From Thermoproteota archaeon (lineage in GTDB: Archaea > Korarchaeota > Korarchaeia > Korarchaeales > Korarchaeaceae): a stretch of 64,000 nt of DNA. The DNA lies in NCBI GenBank assembly GCA_027491415.1, contig JAOZFH010000028.1, positions 12,465 to 76,464 of the forward strand. The letters are read 5' to 3'. Shown here one piece after another: positions 56,137-64,000 of the stretch. Under the pieces are notes generated by a model. It saw nothing but the letters and a program-made list of their open reading frames with translations, was not told the DNA's origin and did not search any database. The translations under genes were made by a program, and so were the position numbers. Each line of letters begins with the position of its first letter. Position 1 is the first letter of the stretch.

Positions 56137-57549
56137 GTAGCGGGCGAAGAAGTCCCTGCGCCTGAGGAGCATCTCCCAGATGACGGGGAGCAGGTCCCCC
56201 CACGCCGGGAACTCCGGGTCGGCCTCGGTCAGCACTCGGGCGCGCCTGGCCGAGGCCCTGAGGATCTTCGGGAGGGGTCCCCTCTCTCCCAGAAATTCCT
56301 TGGTGAACTCCCGGATGTCGCCGGGCCTCCTGAGCTTGTAAGCCACCCACCTAGATCCCTCGATGAAGGGACCACCGAGGGTGTCCCTCGCCCCCAGGTG
56401 CTTCTCCAGGAAGTCCCCCTCGCCCGGACCACCCACCTCTGGCCCAACCCTGCGGACGATCCTCGAGAGCTCCGTCCTCTCAACCTCGGCTATCAGGGCC
56501 ACCCTCCCCTCCTCGTCTGTCCACCCCTTTGCTTGGATAGGCAGGAATCCGCACTCGTCGAGGGACCTCATGAGCCTCCGAGCCCCCGATATGGCCTGCG
56601 ACCAGAGGGTGTCCGGCGCTTCCCTAAGCCCGTCGAAGAGGATCAGGAGGAGGTGAGTGCCCCTCCGATTCAGCTCGCCCCTCACATCCTCTAGGCCGAC
56701 CGGAGGCAGGCCCTTCTCCACGAAGAACTCTCTACTCGGACTCCTCAAGAGGGCCCTGCACGCTGCCTTGAACCTATTGAACTGCGTCTCGCTTACGGCG
56801 GAGGCCACGTTCCTCCTTGGGTCCACCGGGTCTATCACTATCAGAGGGTCCGTGGACTCCCTGACCCATTCAGGCACGCCCCCCTCCAAGGCCAGCACGA
56901 CCCGCGAACCCCAGCCGGCCGCCTCATCCACCAGGCTAGTGAAAGAGCCGTACTCTAGTATCAGGAGTTCCGTCAGATATCCGCTGAACCCCGAGATGGC
57001 CAGCTCCGCTCCGTACGCCTCTATGCCCCTCATAAACGCCTTAAGAACCCTTATCTCGTCCCGTAGCTGATCGTTGAGCTTCCTCTGGAGGAACCTGTTG
57101 TGGAGAACGGTTCTGTCCACGGGGGACCTGATCTCCTCGTAGCTAGAGATGGCGTACGCAGGAACTACGTCGATCTCGAACCCCCTGAAGGTCACCACGG
57201 CGTAGGGGTGACTGGCATACCGGAGGCGGTACTCCCCGAACGCCCTCTCCGCCGCGGCCAGCGCCGCCGGCCCCAGCCTCTCGTAGGGGTAGTCCAGTGG
57301 AAAGAGGAGGAACACGTCGATGTCCGCTTTGCCCGGGAGCCAGGTATCCCTGACGGCCGAGCCAACAGGAACCGGCTCCGCGGGGATGCCCAGATCCCGC
57401 AGGACGGACCTTAACCTCGCGACTGACTCCCTTATGGCCCCCCTGACCCGCTCCCTCTCCGAGGGGGTTGGTCTCAGCTCCTCCTTCATCCTCTCCACGA
57501 GTTCCCTCAGCGCGGACTCGGGGCTCAAGACGGGGTCGCCGCGATCCAT
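56116..57549 (-). CDS. cca: Archaeal class I CCA-adding enzyme
   Basis: VGSAVRDTWL..ADIDVF, YASHPY, VDRT, GFSGYLTELL and DPVDPRRNVA. Start at 57549 or 57528. Confidence 0.93.
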   Translation of the reverse strand: MDRGDPVLSPESALRELVERMKEELRPTPSERERVRGAIRESVARLRSVLRDLGIPAEPVPVGSAVRDTWLPGKADIDVFLLFPLDYPYERLGPAALAAAERAFGEYRLRYASHPYAVVTFRGFEIDVVPAYAISSYEEIRSPVDRTVLHNRFLQRKLNDQLRDEIRVLKAFMRGIEAYGAELAISGFSGYLTELLILEYGSFTSLVDEAAGWGSRVVLALEGGVPEWVRESTDPLIVIDPVDPRRNVASAVSETQFNRFKAACRALLRSPSREFFVEKGLPPVGLEDVRGELNRRGTHLLLILFDGLREAPDTLWSQAISGARRLMRSLDECGFLPIQAKGWTDEEGRVALIAEVERTELSRIVRRVGPEVGGPGEGDFLEKHLGARDTLGGPFIEGSRWVAYKLRRPGDIREFTKEFLGERGPLPKILRASARRARVLTEADPEFPAWGDLLPVIWEMLLRRRDFFARYLASPEG

Positions 57550-57595
57550 GCCCGCGGCAATATTATCCATGCTCCCCACGGGACGGCGGGTCAGG

Positions 57596-58393
57596 GTGAC
57601 CGGCTGGGTCGCGCTTCGGATAGCCTACCTAGGCTCGGGGTTCTTCGGTTTCACGAAACAGCCGGGTCTGAGGACGGTGCAGAGTGAGCTCGAGGGCGCA
57701 CTTCTCGACTTGGGGTACCTAGACCCGCGTGGTGGAATAAGGGTCACCAGCAGGACCGACAGGGGAGCGTCGGCGCTCGACAACGTGGTCGTCTTCAGGG
57801 CGGCCGGCGACCCGATCCTCGGCAGGCTGAACGATCGGCTTCCCGAAGACTTGTCTGCCTGGGCTCTGGCCAGCCTGAGCGGACCAGGCGACCTGAGGTG
57901 CCTGGAGAAGGTGTACTTGTACTCCTCGCCTAGCCTGCTAGCCCCGTCAAAAGGCTCACTGGTCCGGGCCCTTGGGGAGGCAAGATCGATGGGAGGGGGC
58001 GCCTTCTGCAGGCAGGGCGACGCCCCCTTCCCGGATATTGGCCTGCCGGACCTCTTTCCACTCTCTAGGGCTCTGATCTTCCGAGGGGAGAGGTTCTGCT
58101 GGGAGATGATCAGGCGAATCGTCGGCTTTGCGCTGGAGCTTTCCGTGCGCGGCCGAAGGATCGTCCGACCCGCACCGGCTGGCGGGCTCCTTCTCCTGAG
58201 AACGGAGTGCGAGGGGGTGCGCTTCAAGGTGGATTTGAGTCAGCTGCGCAAGATGGCTGGTAGGTTATCCAAGTTTGCGGCGGCTTGGGCAGGCCAAGCG
58301 ATCCTACTCTCATTGGCTCAGGGGGTCCCAGATGTGGACGCGATCATCTCTTCGTCGCGATCACTGTTCGGGTCTCCACGACGTACCACCTGA
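57596..58393 (+). CDS. truA: tRNA pseudouridine synthase TruA
   Basis: RIAYLGSGFFGF..QP...TVQ, catalytic SRTDRG, FCWEMIRRIVG and PAPAGGLLL. Start uncertain (57569 or 57596). Confidence 0.8.
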   Translation: MTGWVALRIAYLGSGFFGFTKQPGLRTVQSELEGALLDLGYLDPRGGIRVTSRTDRGASALDNVVVFRAAGDPILGRLNDRLPEDLSAWALASLSGPGDLRCLEKVYLYSSPSLLAPSKGSLVRALGEARSMGGGAFCRQGDAPFPDIGLPDLFPLSRALIFRGERFCWEMIRRIVGFALELSVRGRRIVRPAPAGGLLLLRTECEGVRFKVDLSQLRKMAGRLSKFAAAWAGQAILLSLAQGVPDVDAIISSSRSLFGSPRRTT

Positions 58394-58631
58394 CCTTGTC
58401 GCGGAACCACCTCCAGAACCTGACGTAGGCGTCCATGCTGTCGCACTCTAGCATCAGGAAGCCGTTGTACGAGGTCCCCCAGGCGTGGTCGTACACGCCC
58501 AGCAGCCTCACCTCAGGGGGCCAATCTGCCATCATCTCCTCCCACTCGCGCCTGGCCCTCTCCTCCTCGTCGTCCGACATCTCCTTGAGCTTGTAGAAGA
58601 CTATGTAGACGTAGGTGGGCATGGTCTCCAA
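58344..58631 (-). CDS. Small hypothetical protein (dimeric alpha/beta-barrel-like)
   Basis: Coding-like ORF YVYIVFYK...LLGVYDHAWGTSYNGFLMLE...VETRTVIA, with a TATA upstream. Confidence 0.65.
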   Translation of the reverse strand: METMPTYVYIVFYKLKEMSDDEEERARREWEEMMADWPPEVRLLGVYDHAWGTSYNGFLMLECDSMDAYVRFWRWFRDKVRWYVVETRTVIATKR

Positions 58632-58657
58632 CCCAGCGGGGCTGGCAGCCTTTCATA

Positions 58658-60205
58658 TTAAGGGTGAGGACTCAGGGGGCACACTCCACACCCCCAGCAT
58701 TGCTCGTCGCAGCTTGGGGTGGTGACGCCAGCCTCGGCCCTCTCCGACTCGGCTTGGAGAGCCTCGTCTCTTACGCCTGTGTCCACAGCATCTCTCCACG
58801 GCGCGTCCCTCGAGCCGTACAAGATGCGCTCTGGATTGAGCCCCCACCTGGCGAACGCGCGGAAGTAGTTCGATAGCCTGTAAGGTCCCTCCGCAGCCTC
58901 CAGTACGGCCGCGCTAGACCCCCGGGGGGCGAGGGAGACGAGACCCTGAAGGGCGGCCCGGCCCGGGTGGACGGCCTTAACCCTGACCCCGGCCCTCGCC
59001 CTGAGGTACCTGACCCCGCTCCGGTAGGCGTCTGGCCGCGCCATGGGTGCCAGCTGAAGAGGAGTGTGGGGCTTCGGCACAAACTGACTCACAGATAGCT
59101 CGACCCTCACGCCGGCGGACTTAACGAGTCGGGCCAGCTCTGCCGTGGCGCTCAGATCCTCCTTCGCCTCCCCTGGGAGGCCGACCATCAGGTAGAGTTT
59201 GAGCTCCCGAATCCCAGCCGCCTTCAGCAGCTCGGAGGCCTCTAGGATCTCCTCCAGAACGGACCGCTTGTTGATGGCGGCCGCGAGCCTGGGGCTTCCC
59301 GTCTCCGGAGCGAGGGACACCTTTCTCAAGCCCGAGGCCCTCAGAACCTCGGCCATCTCCGCGGTTACCATGTCGGCCCTGAGAGAGGGCAGCGAGAGCT
59401 TGAGCCCTTCATCAATCACCCTCTGGAGGATGTCGAGCGCCTTGGGGTGTCCGAGGACGTCGCTTCCTATTATGTAGACCTTCCGAAACCCGAGCTCCTT
59501 AGCCAGCTCTACTTGACTCATCAATTGGCCGAGGGGCCTATCCCTCCGCGGCCTCTGGGTCCACCCGAGGAGGCAGAACCTGCAGCCGTGAGAGCACCCC
59601 CTGGAGAGTTCGAGTAGAAAGGGGTTCTGTTTGCCGTTGGGGAGCCTGGCCCTGATCTGCCCCTCGGGCAGGTAGGTGAGGGGAGATCGCCTGAACCTGG
59701 CGCGTCCGCCGGGAGTGTAGACTCCCTCCACGGAGCCCAGGTCCTCCACCCCACCGCCCTCGAGCAAGATCCGGAGGATCTCCTGGACGGTTCCCTCCCC
59801 GTCTCCCACAGCCACGGCGTCCGCAAAGCCCTCTAGGGGCAGCGGGTTGGCTGTCACGGGGCCGCCCACCACCACCGGCGTGTCTCTCCCCTCGCGGCGG
59901 AGTGGAATTCCCGCCTCCCTCAGCATGGACAGGAGCGTGTGAACCTGCCCCTCGAAGTGCAGAGATGCTATGATCACGTTGAACTCCCTTAAATTCAACC
60001 CGCTCTCCACCGAGCCCACCGAGTCCAACGTGAACCTCTCGGCCAGCACCCCGGGCACGGAGTTAGCTAGGTAGTAGACGATCTGGTGACCGAGCGAGTT
60101 CACGGCGGCCTCGTAGGGTCCCGGGTAGATAACGGCCACCCTGAGACCGTAGTCCCTGGGATCCCTGTCGTAGAAGCCGCCCTCCTCTAGGACCCTGCGC
60201 GGCAT
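58658..60205 (-). CDS. Radical SAM protein with B12-binding-like N-terminal domain
   Basis: IYPGPYEAAVNSLG, VVGGP..ANP, ELSRGCSHGCRFC, APETGS, YLMVGLPGE and FVPKPHTPLQ. Confidence 0.85.
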   Translation of the reverse strand: MPRRVLEEGGFYDRDPRDYGLRVAVIYPGPYEAAVNSLGHQIVYYLANSVPGVLAERFTLDSVGSVESGLNLREFNVIIASLHFEGQVHTLLSMLREAGIPLRREGRDTPVVVGGPVTANPLPLEGFADAVAVGDGEGTVQEILRILLEGGGVEDLGSVEGVYTPGGRARFRRSPLTYLPEGQIRARLPNGKQNPFLLELSRGCSHGCRFCLLGWTQRPRRDRPLGQLMSQVELAKELGFRKVYIIGSDVLGHPKALDILQRVIDEGLKLSLPSLRADMVTAEMAEVLRASGLRKVSLAPETGSPRLAAAINKRSVLEEILEASELLKAAGIRELKLYLMVGLPGEAKEDLSATAELARLVKSAGVRVELSVSQFVPKPHTPLQLAPMARPDAYRSGVRYLRARAGVRVKAVHPGRAALQGLVSLAPRGSSAAVLEAAEGPYRLSNYFRAFARWGLNPERILYGSRDAPWRDAVDTGVRDEALQAESERAEAGVTTPSCDEQCWGCGVCPLSPHP

Positions 60206-60229
60206 TTGCTAGCGCACCTAAAGCAGCTG

Positions 60230-60305
60230 TGGTGGGCCGGGTGGGACTCGAACCCACGACCTCCGCCTCGTAAGGGCGGCGTCATGGCCTCTAGACCACC
60301 GGCCC
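60230..60305 (-). tRNA. tRNA-Val(TAC), encoded CCA, no intron
   Basis: GGGCCGG...CCGCC-CT-TAC-GA-GGCGG...GTTCGAGTC...CCGGCCC-ACCA. Confidence 0.95.
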
Positions 60306-60315
60306 ACGAGGGAAG

Positions 60316-60403
60316 TGGCGCCGGGGGTGGGATTCGAACCCACGCGGCCCAATGGGCCACGGGCTCTCCAGGCCCGCCCCCTACCGGGCTAGGGCACCCC
60401 GGC
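60316..60403 (-). tRNA. tRNA-Ser(GGA), long variable arm, encoded CCA
   Basis: GCCGGGG...CGGGC-CT-GGA-GA-GCCCG, variable arm GGCCC-ATT-GGGCC, GTTCGAATC, CCCCGGC-GCCA. Confidence 0.95.
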
Positions 60404-60428
60404 ACCCCGCGCATCTCTTTAACCTCGG

Positions 60429-61448
60429 TTATAACGATTTGCGTCCCCTCCAAGTGGGCGGGTAGAGATCCCTCGGCATGACCACCCTCTCGAGTTCGGC
60501 CGCGATCCCCCTGTCGGCCTCCAGGATCTCTGAGGACTCCATCAGGGGCCGCACAAGAGCTATGATCTCACCCTTAAGGGTGACGGCGAGGGCCAACCTC
60601 CCCCTCCTCAGGCCCTCGCTGACGGCGGCGACTCCGGGCACCTTGACGGCGTCGCCGTGGGCTATGGCCGCCACGGCCGTATCCTTGACCACGATCCTCG
60701 GAACGTAGTTCAAAACCTCCTCGATGGGCCGGATCACCCTTCTGAGAGGTCCCTCGTCCCCCTCTAGCCAAGCCCTCGACGCCTCCTCGAGCTCTTGGAG
60801 GGTGACCGAGTCCCTCTCGTGCATGGGCCCGGATCTGACCCTCCGGAGCTCTCGCATGCTACCCCCAACGCCCAGGACCTCTCCTATGTCGTAGAAGAGC
60901 CTCCTGATGTAGGTGCCAGCCTCGACGACCGCCCTGAGGAGGACGTACCTTCCCTCCCGCTCTAAGAGCTCGAGTTCGCAGACCCTCCTCACCCTGAGGT
61001 CCCTCGCGACGGCCGCCTTGACGGGGGGTCTCTGATAGATCGGTCCCGTGAACATCTCCAGCGCCCTACGGAGTTCCTCGTCCCCCACCTCGCCGTGCAG
61101 GTAGAGCACACCGACGTACTCCTTCCCAGCCCTGGTGACGACTCTGCTGAGCCTGGTGGCCTTCCCAAGCAGGATGGGAAGCACGCCAGTGACCTTGGGG
61201 TCTCCCCGGCCTCAACCGGCCTCTAGGGTCCCGCAGTGACCCACCCGGCCCGGGAACCCCAGGATGGTCCTCACCCACTTAGTGACCTCGTGTGACGTCG
61301 GCCCGGACGGCTTGTCAAGGTTGATGGCTCCGTAGTACAGGTACATGTCGATGGGCCTCTCCCGGGGTCGATAGCCGTAGGGTCCGGGCTCCGCCTCCTC
61401 CTTGACGAGGAGTCGCCCGGGCCCCGGCTCCCCGGGGGGGCAGATCAA
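60429..61448 (-). CDS. cbf5: H/ACA pseudouridine synthase Cbf5, two exons (61448-61223 and 61201-60429)
   Basis: LDKPSGPTSHEV, GHCGTL[D]PKVTGVLP after intron removal, YQRPP, GTYIR, ELRRVRSG and a PUA domain. Confidence 0.93.
61202..61222 (-). other. 21-nt bulge-helix-bulge (BHB) intron in cbf5
   Basis: mRNA CCCU-AG^A-GGCC-GGUUGA-GGCC-GGGG-AG^A-CCCC has a 4-bp central helix and two AGA bulges. It contains an in-frame UGA, and excision restores the catalytic Asp codon. Confidence 0.92.
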
Positions 61449-61738
61449 GAGCCCCCTCCTCCCCGAGCCTGCGCCTCCTTCACCAGCTCCTCGTAGATGG
61501 CGGTGGCCTTGAGGGCCTCGAGCACCTCTCTGTCGTCAGCCCCCTCGGAGATGTCGATCTTGACGGGCAGCGGGACGAGGTGCTTGACGTTCGCCCTCCT
61601 GCGCCGCACGCCCGTCAGCTCTTTCGGTCCCGTGATCTCCACGAAGTTCTTGTCTAAGATCCGGACGACGACGCACTTCCTACCCGCCTCACGGCCGGCC
61701 ACCTTCACACAGAGCCTGCCAACCTCGATAACTCCCAT
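61445..61738 (-). CDS. rpl14e: 50S ribosomal protein L14e
   Basis: IEVGRLCVKVAGREAGRKCVVV...GVRRRRANVKHL. Confidence 0.95.
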   Translation of the reverse strand: MGVIEVGRLCVKVAGREAGRKCVVVRILDKNFVEITGPKELTGVRRRRANVKHLVPLPVKIDISEGADDREVLEALKATAIYEELVKEAQARGGGGS

Positions 61739-61788
61739 AACCCGTCACCTCTCGCGAGGCTTCAGATCTCGCCCCATCGGCGCGGGCC

Positions 61789-62103
61789 TCAGGCGAGACC
61801 CCCGGCGGGGGATAGCTTGGCCCAGCCGAGGCTTATCGCGCGAGTCACCATGAGTTCTCTCAGGCACTTGGAGCATAGGTATCCGCCGTACGGTCTGTTG
61901 GGCCTCTTCTCGCTCTTGGCCAGCTTCGCCATCACAGATCTAGGCCCCGTCCGGGTCCCGGTCAGGGGCCTCCCGCAGCGGGCGCACCTAGCCCTCCCGT
62001 GGATCTTGTGCCTGTAGTGGTAGACGGTCCTCCCTCCTGGAGTTCTCACGGCGACTCTTCTCTTCTTTGAGCCTCTTCTGGGCCCGAATGGATCCTCAGG
62101 CAT
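61789..62103 (-). CDS. rpl34e: 50S ribosomal protein L34e
   Basis: VRTPGGR, CARCGRPL and RPYGGYLCSKC. Confidence 0.95.
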   Translation of the reverse strand: MPEDPFGPRRGSKKRRVAVRTPGGRTVYHYRHKIHGRARCARCGRPLTGTRTGPRSVMAKLAKSEKRPNRPYGGYLCSKCLRELMVTRAISLGWAKLSPAGGLA

Positions 62104-62309
62104 TCCTCAGCCCTCCGCCGGGATCCTAAGGGTTGTCCTGTGGGGATATTTAAGGATTGGTTTTCGGGAGACGCGGCCCCTCTTGCATCGGCGTCCCCCG
62201 CGCATCGCTTCCGCCGATCCACCCCCTAGCATAGGCTTTCGAAGGCCCCCTCTTAGAGGTAGTGTAGAGACCGCGCCCCCAAGCCGTCGGCGGGTCCGTC
62301 CCTCTGCTC

Positions 62310-62816
62310 CTAGTCGAGCGATATTCCGAGGAGCCGCTGGAGTATCATGGAGAACATGAAGCTTGACAGGAAGTAGAGGCCGACGTACCCGATCACGTCG
62401 GGGGCGAAAGAGCTCCCCCTCCGCAGCAGATCTATCATCGGAATTCCGAAGGGAAGCTTCACGATGGGGATTTCATAGTAGAACCCCCTGAGCACCCAGA
62501 ATATCGCGAAGAGCGGTACGGTGGTGTACACCATGGGCTTCATGCTCATCTTCGTCATCTCTGCCTGAGCCTCCGAGTACGCGGGCTTCATTTTCTCCAG
62601 CTTCTTGGCCAACCTCTTGTCACCCCCAGAGAGCGCGTATTCTCGCTGCAGTTTCGTGTACTCTGACACGACCTTGCGGTAGTACCTCATCTTGTCGTAA
62701 TCAATGGTCTTCTTGCTCACCAGCGTCGTGATGACCGAGATGACGAAGGAGACCCCTACGATAAAGAGGATTGAGTAGGGGGGGAAGGCGAGCTTGTCCA
62801 CGAGGCTCTCGAACAT
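62310..62816 (-). CDS. DUF106/EMC3/TMCO1-family membrane insertase (Oxa1 superfamily)
   Basis: TM helix, coiled coil, MKPMVYT, LPF and a final TM helix; conserved position after secY. Confidence 0.85.
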   Translation of the reverse strand: MFESLVDKLAFPPYSILFIVGVSFVISVITTLVSKKTIDYDKMRYYRKVVSEYTKLQREYALSGGDKRLAKKLEKMKPAYSEAQAEMTKMSMKPMVYTTVPLFAIFWVLRGFYYEIPIVKLPFGIPMIDLLRRGSSFAPDVIGYVGLYFLSSFMFSMILQRLLGISLD

Positions 62817-62829
62817 CCCCCCTCTCACC

Positions 62830-64000
62830 TCACGCTCCCAAGAACCTGGCGAGCCTCGGGTAAAGCTCTAGGGCCCTCTCCTTGGCGATGACCTCATAGA
62901 AGGACGCCGTTATCGTGACCGCCAGGAGTATACCGCTGCCCGTCCCTATGGCGCCGCTGAAGTCGGCCAGTGCCGCTAGGGCGCCGACCAAGGCGCCTCC
63001 TAGCAGGGTGACGGCTTCGATGTACCCCTTTATCGTCTCGGCGAGCACCCTAGGACTCGACCTCCTCCCCGGGACCACCATCCCCTGGGCGACGAACTGG
63101 CGGGCCACGCTCTCGGCGTCCATGCCCGAGGTAATCACCCACACCTTTGCGAACACGACCGACAGCAGAATGTACAGCCCCAGGTAGGCCAGGGCCTTAC
63201 CCGGATAGGCCGCCACGGCGCCGGGTCCATTCGGTGGCGTCATGTAGTACATCAGTCCGCCGACCGGGATGGTCTGCCCGCTGACCGGGTTGACTTGGTA
63301 CTCTCCCAAGAGTGAGACCAGAGTCCGCACGATTTCATTGCTCGACGTGGAGAACTTGTTCCAGAGGATTGAGGACACAATCCTGACGTCTCCAAACAAG
63401 GCCTGGGTGAAGATGATGGGTATGTTGCTGACGTAGAGCAGCCTCAGTGGGTACCTCATCCTCTGACCGCCGACCTTGGAGAAGGCTATTGGAACCTCCA
63501 CCCGGACCTCATAAGCCCAGACGACGACTAGGAACACTATGATCGTGGCTATGAGCCCGGCCATGTCCGGCAAGGCGCCTCCCCTGTAGAAGGCGTCGAT
63601 GCCCTCCTCTATGAGCGCGGGAATGGCGCCCACCACCCTGTCTTGGTACTTGATCGGAGAGAAGGCGCCCCAGATCACCCTCTGGGCAACCCCCGCAAGG
63701 ATGAAGAGGCTTATACCGCTCCCGATGCCCCACTTGCTCACCAGGTCGTCTAGCATCATCAGGATGAAGCTGCCCAAGGCCAGCTGACCAATTACAACGG
63801 CGGCCAGGTTCCAGGGGACCTCGGCCGGGACGGCTCCGTACCTCCCACCCATGACGTAAGCCGCGTTCTCTACGAAGATGAACGCGAGTGCTGCGACTCT
63901 CTGGGTCTGCTGGAAGTAGATCCTGTTCTCGGGATCCGTGAGGTCTAGCGGAACGATTCTACTGCCCACGAGCAGCTCGAGTACTATACCCGCGGTCACC
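62830..64000 (-). CDS. secY: Preprotein translocase SecY (5' end outside the window)
   Basis: KWGIGSGISLFI, YPLRLLYVSNIPII and GTGSGILLAV. Confidence 0.96.
   Translation of the reverse strand, partial: VTAGIVLELLVGSRIVPLDLTDPENRIYFQQTQRVAALAFIFVENAAYVMGGRYGAVPAEVPWNLAAVVIGQLALGSFILMMLDDLVSKWGIGSGISLFILAGVAQRVIWGAFSPIKYQDRVVGAIPALIEEGIDAFYRGGALPDMAGLIATIIVFLVVVWAYEVRVEVPIAFSKVGGQRMRYPLRLLYVSNIPIIFTQALFGDVRIVSSILWNKFSTSSNEIVRTLVSLLGEYQVNPVSGQTIPVGGLMYYMTPPNGPGAVAAYPGKALAYLGLYILLSVVFAKVWVITSGMDAESVARQFVAQGMVVPGRRSSPRVLAETIKGYIEAVTLLGGALVGALAALADFSGAIGTGSGILLAVTITASFYEVIAKERALELYPRLARFLGA

Noticed and set aside
60230-60403. tRNA introns or an integration site at the tRNAs
   Set aside because: Both tRNAs are contiguous and of canonical length; I saw no duplicated tRNA 3' end or integrase in the window.
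1-64000. CRISPR array, cas genes, transposases, rRNA
   Set aside because: No regularly spaced repeats or recognisable motifs were found by eye; short or degenerate elements could have been missed.

Overview
High-GC archaeal chromosome segment. The gene set (L14e, L34e, Cbf5 with a bulge-helix-bulge intron, archaeal CCA enzyme, archaeal PheRS) points to a TACK-type, probably thermophilic, archaeon; this taxonomy is an inference. 1-7.4 kb: mixed accessory genes (secreted Ig-like protein, VOC protein, degenerate KaiC/DUF835-like protein, Mrr-like protein with altered catalytic residues, AEP primase-polymerase-like protein next to a TatD-like hydrolase). 7.4-28.7 kb: a respiratory cluster with an Isp-type membrane-bound [NiFe]-hydrogenase, its Hyp maturation genes, a decayed CbiM/CbiO Ni/Co transporter, candidate NikR-like boxes and a Tat-exported Cys-type formate dehydrogenase (fdhD, fdnGHI, fdhE). 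28.7-38.5 kb: M20 hydrolase, an ECF S-component/type II pantothenate kinase/Nudix operon, PhoU, nitrilase, two MFS transporters and a decayed vapBC pair. 38.5-45 kb: an AT-richer island (small secreted protein, anchored protein, ABC-2 exporter) between two paralogous SAM-methyltransferase genes, followed by an intact vapBC. 45-64 kb: mostly housekeeping genes (pheST preceded by a structured leader, eno, cca, truA, two radical SAM genes, tRNA-Val, tRNA-Ser, intron-split cbf5, rpl14e, rpl34e, DUF106, partial secY). No CRISPR array, rRNA or transposase was seen. Family calls come from reading motifs by eye, not from database searches.
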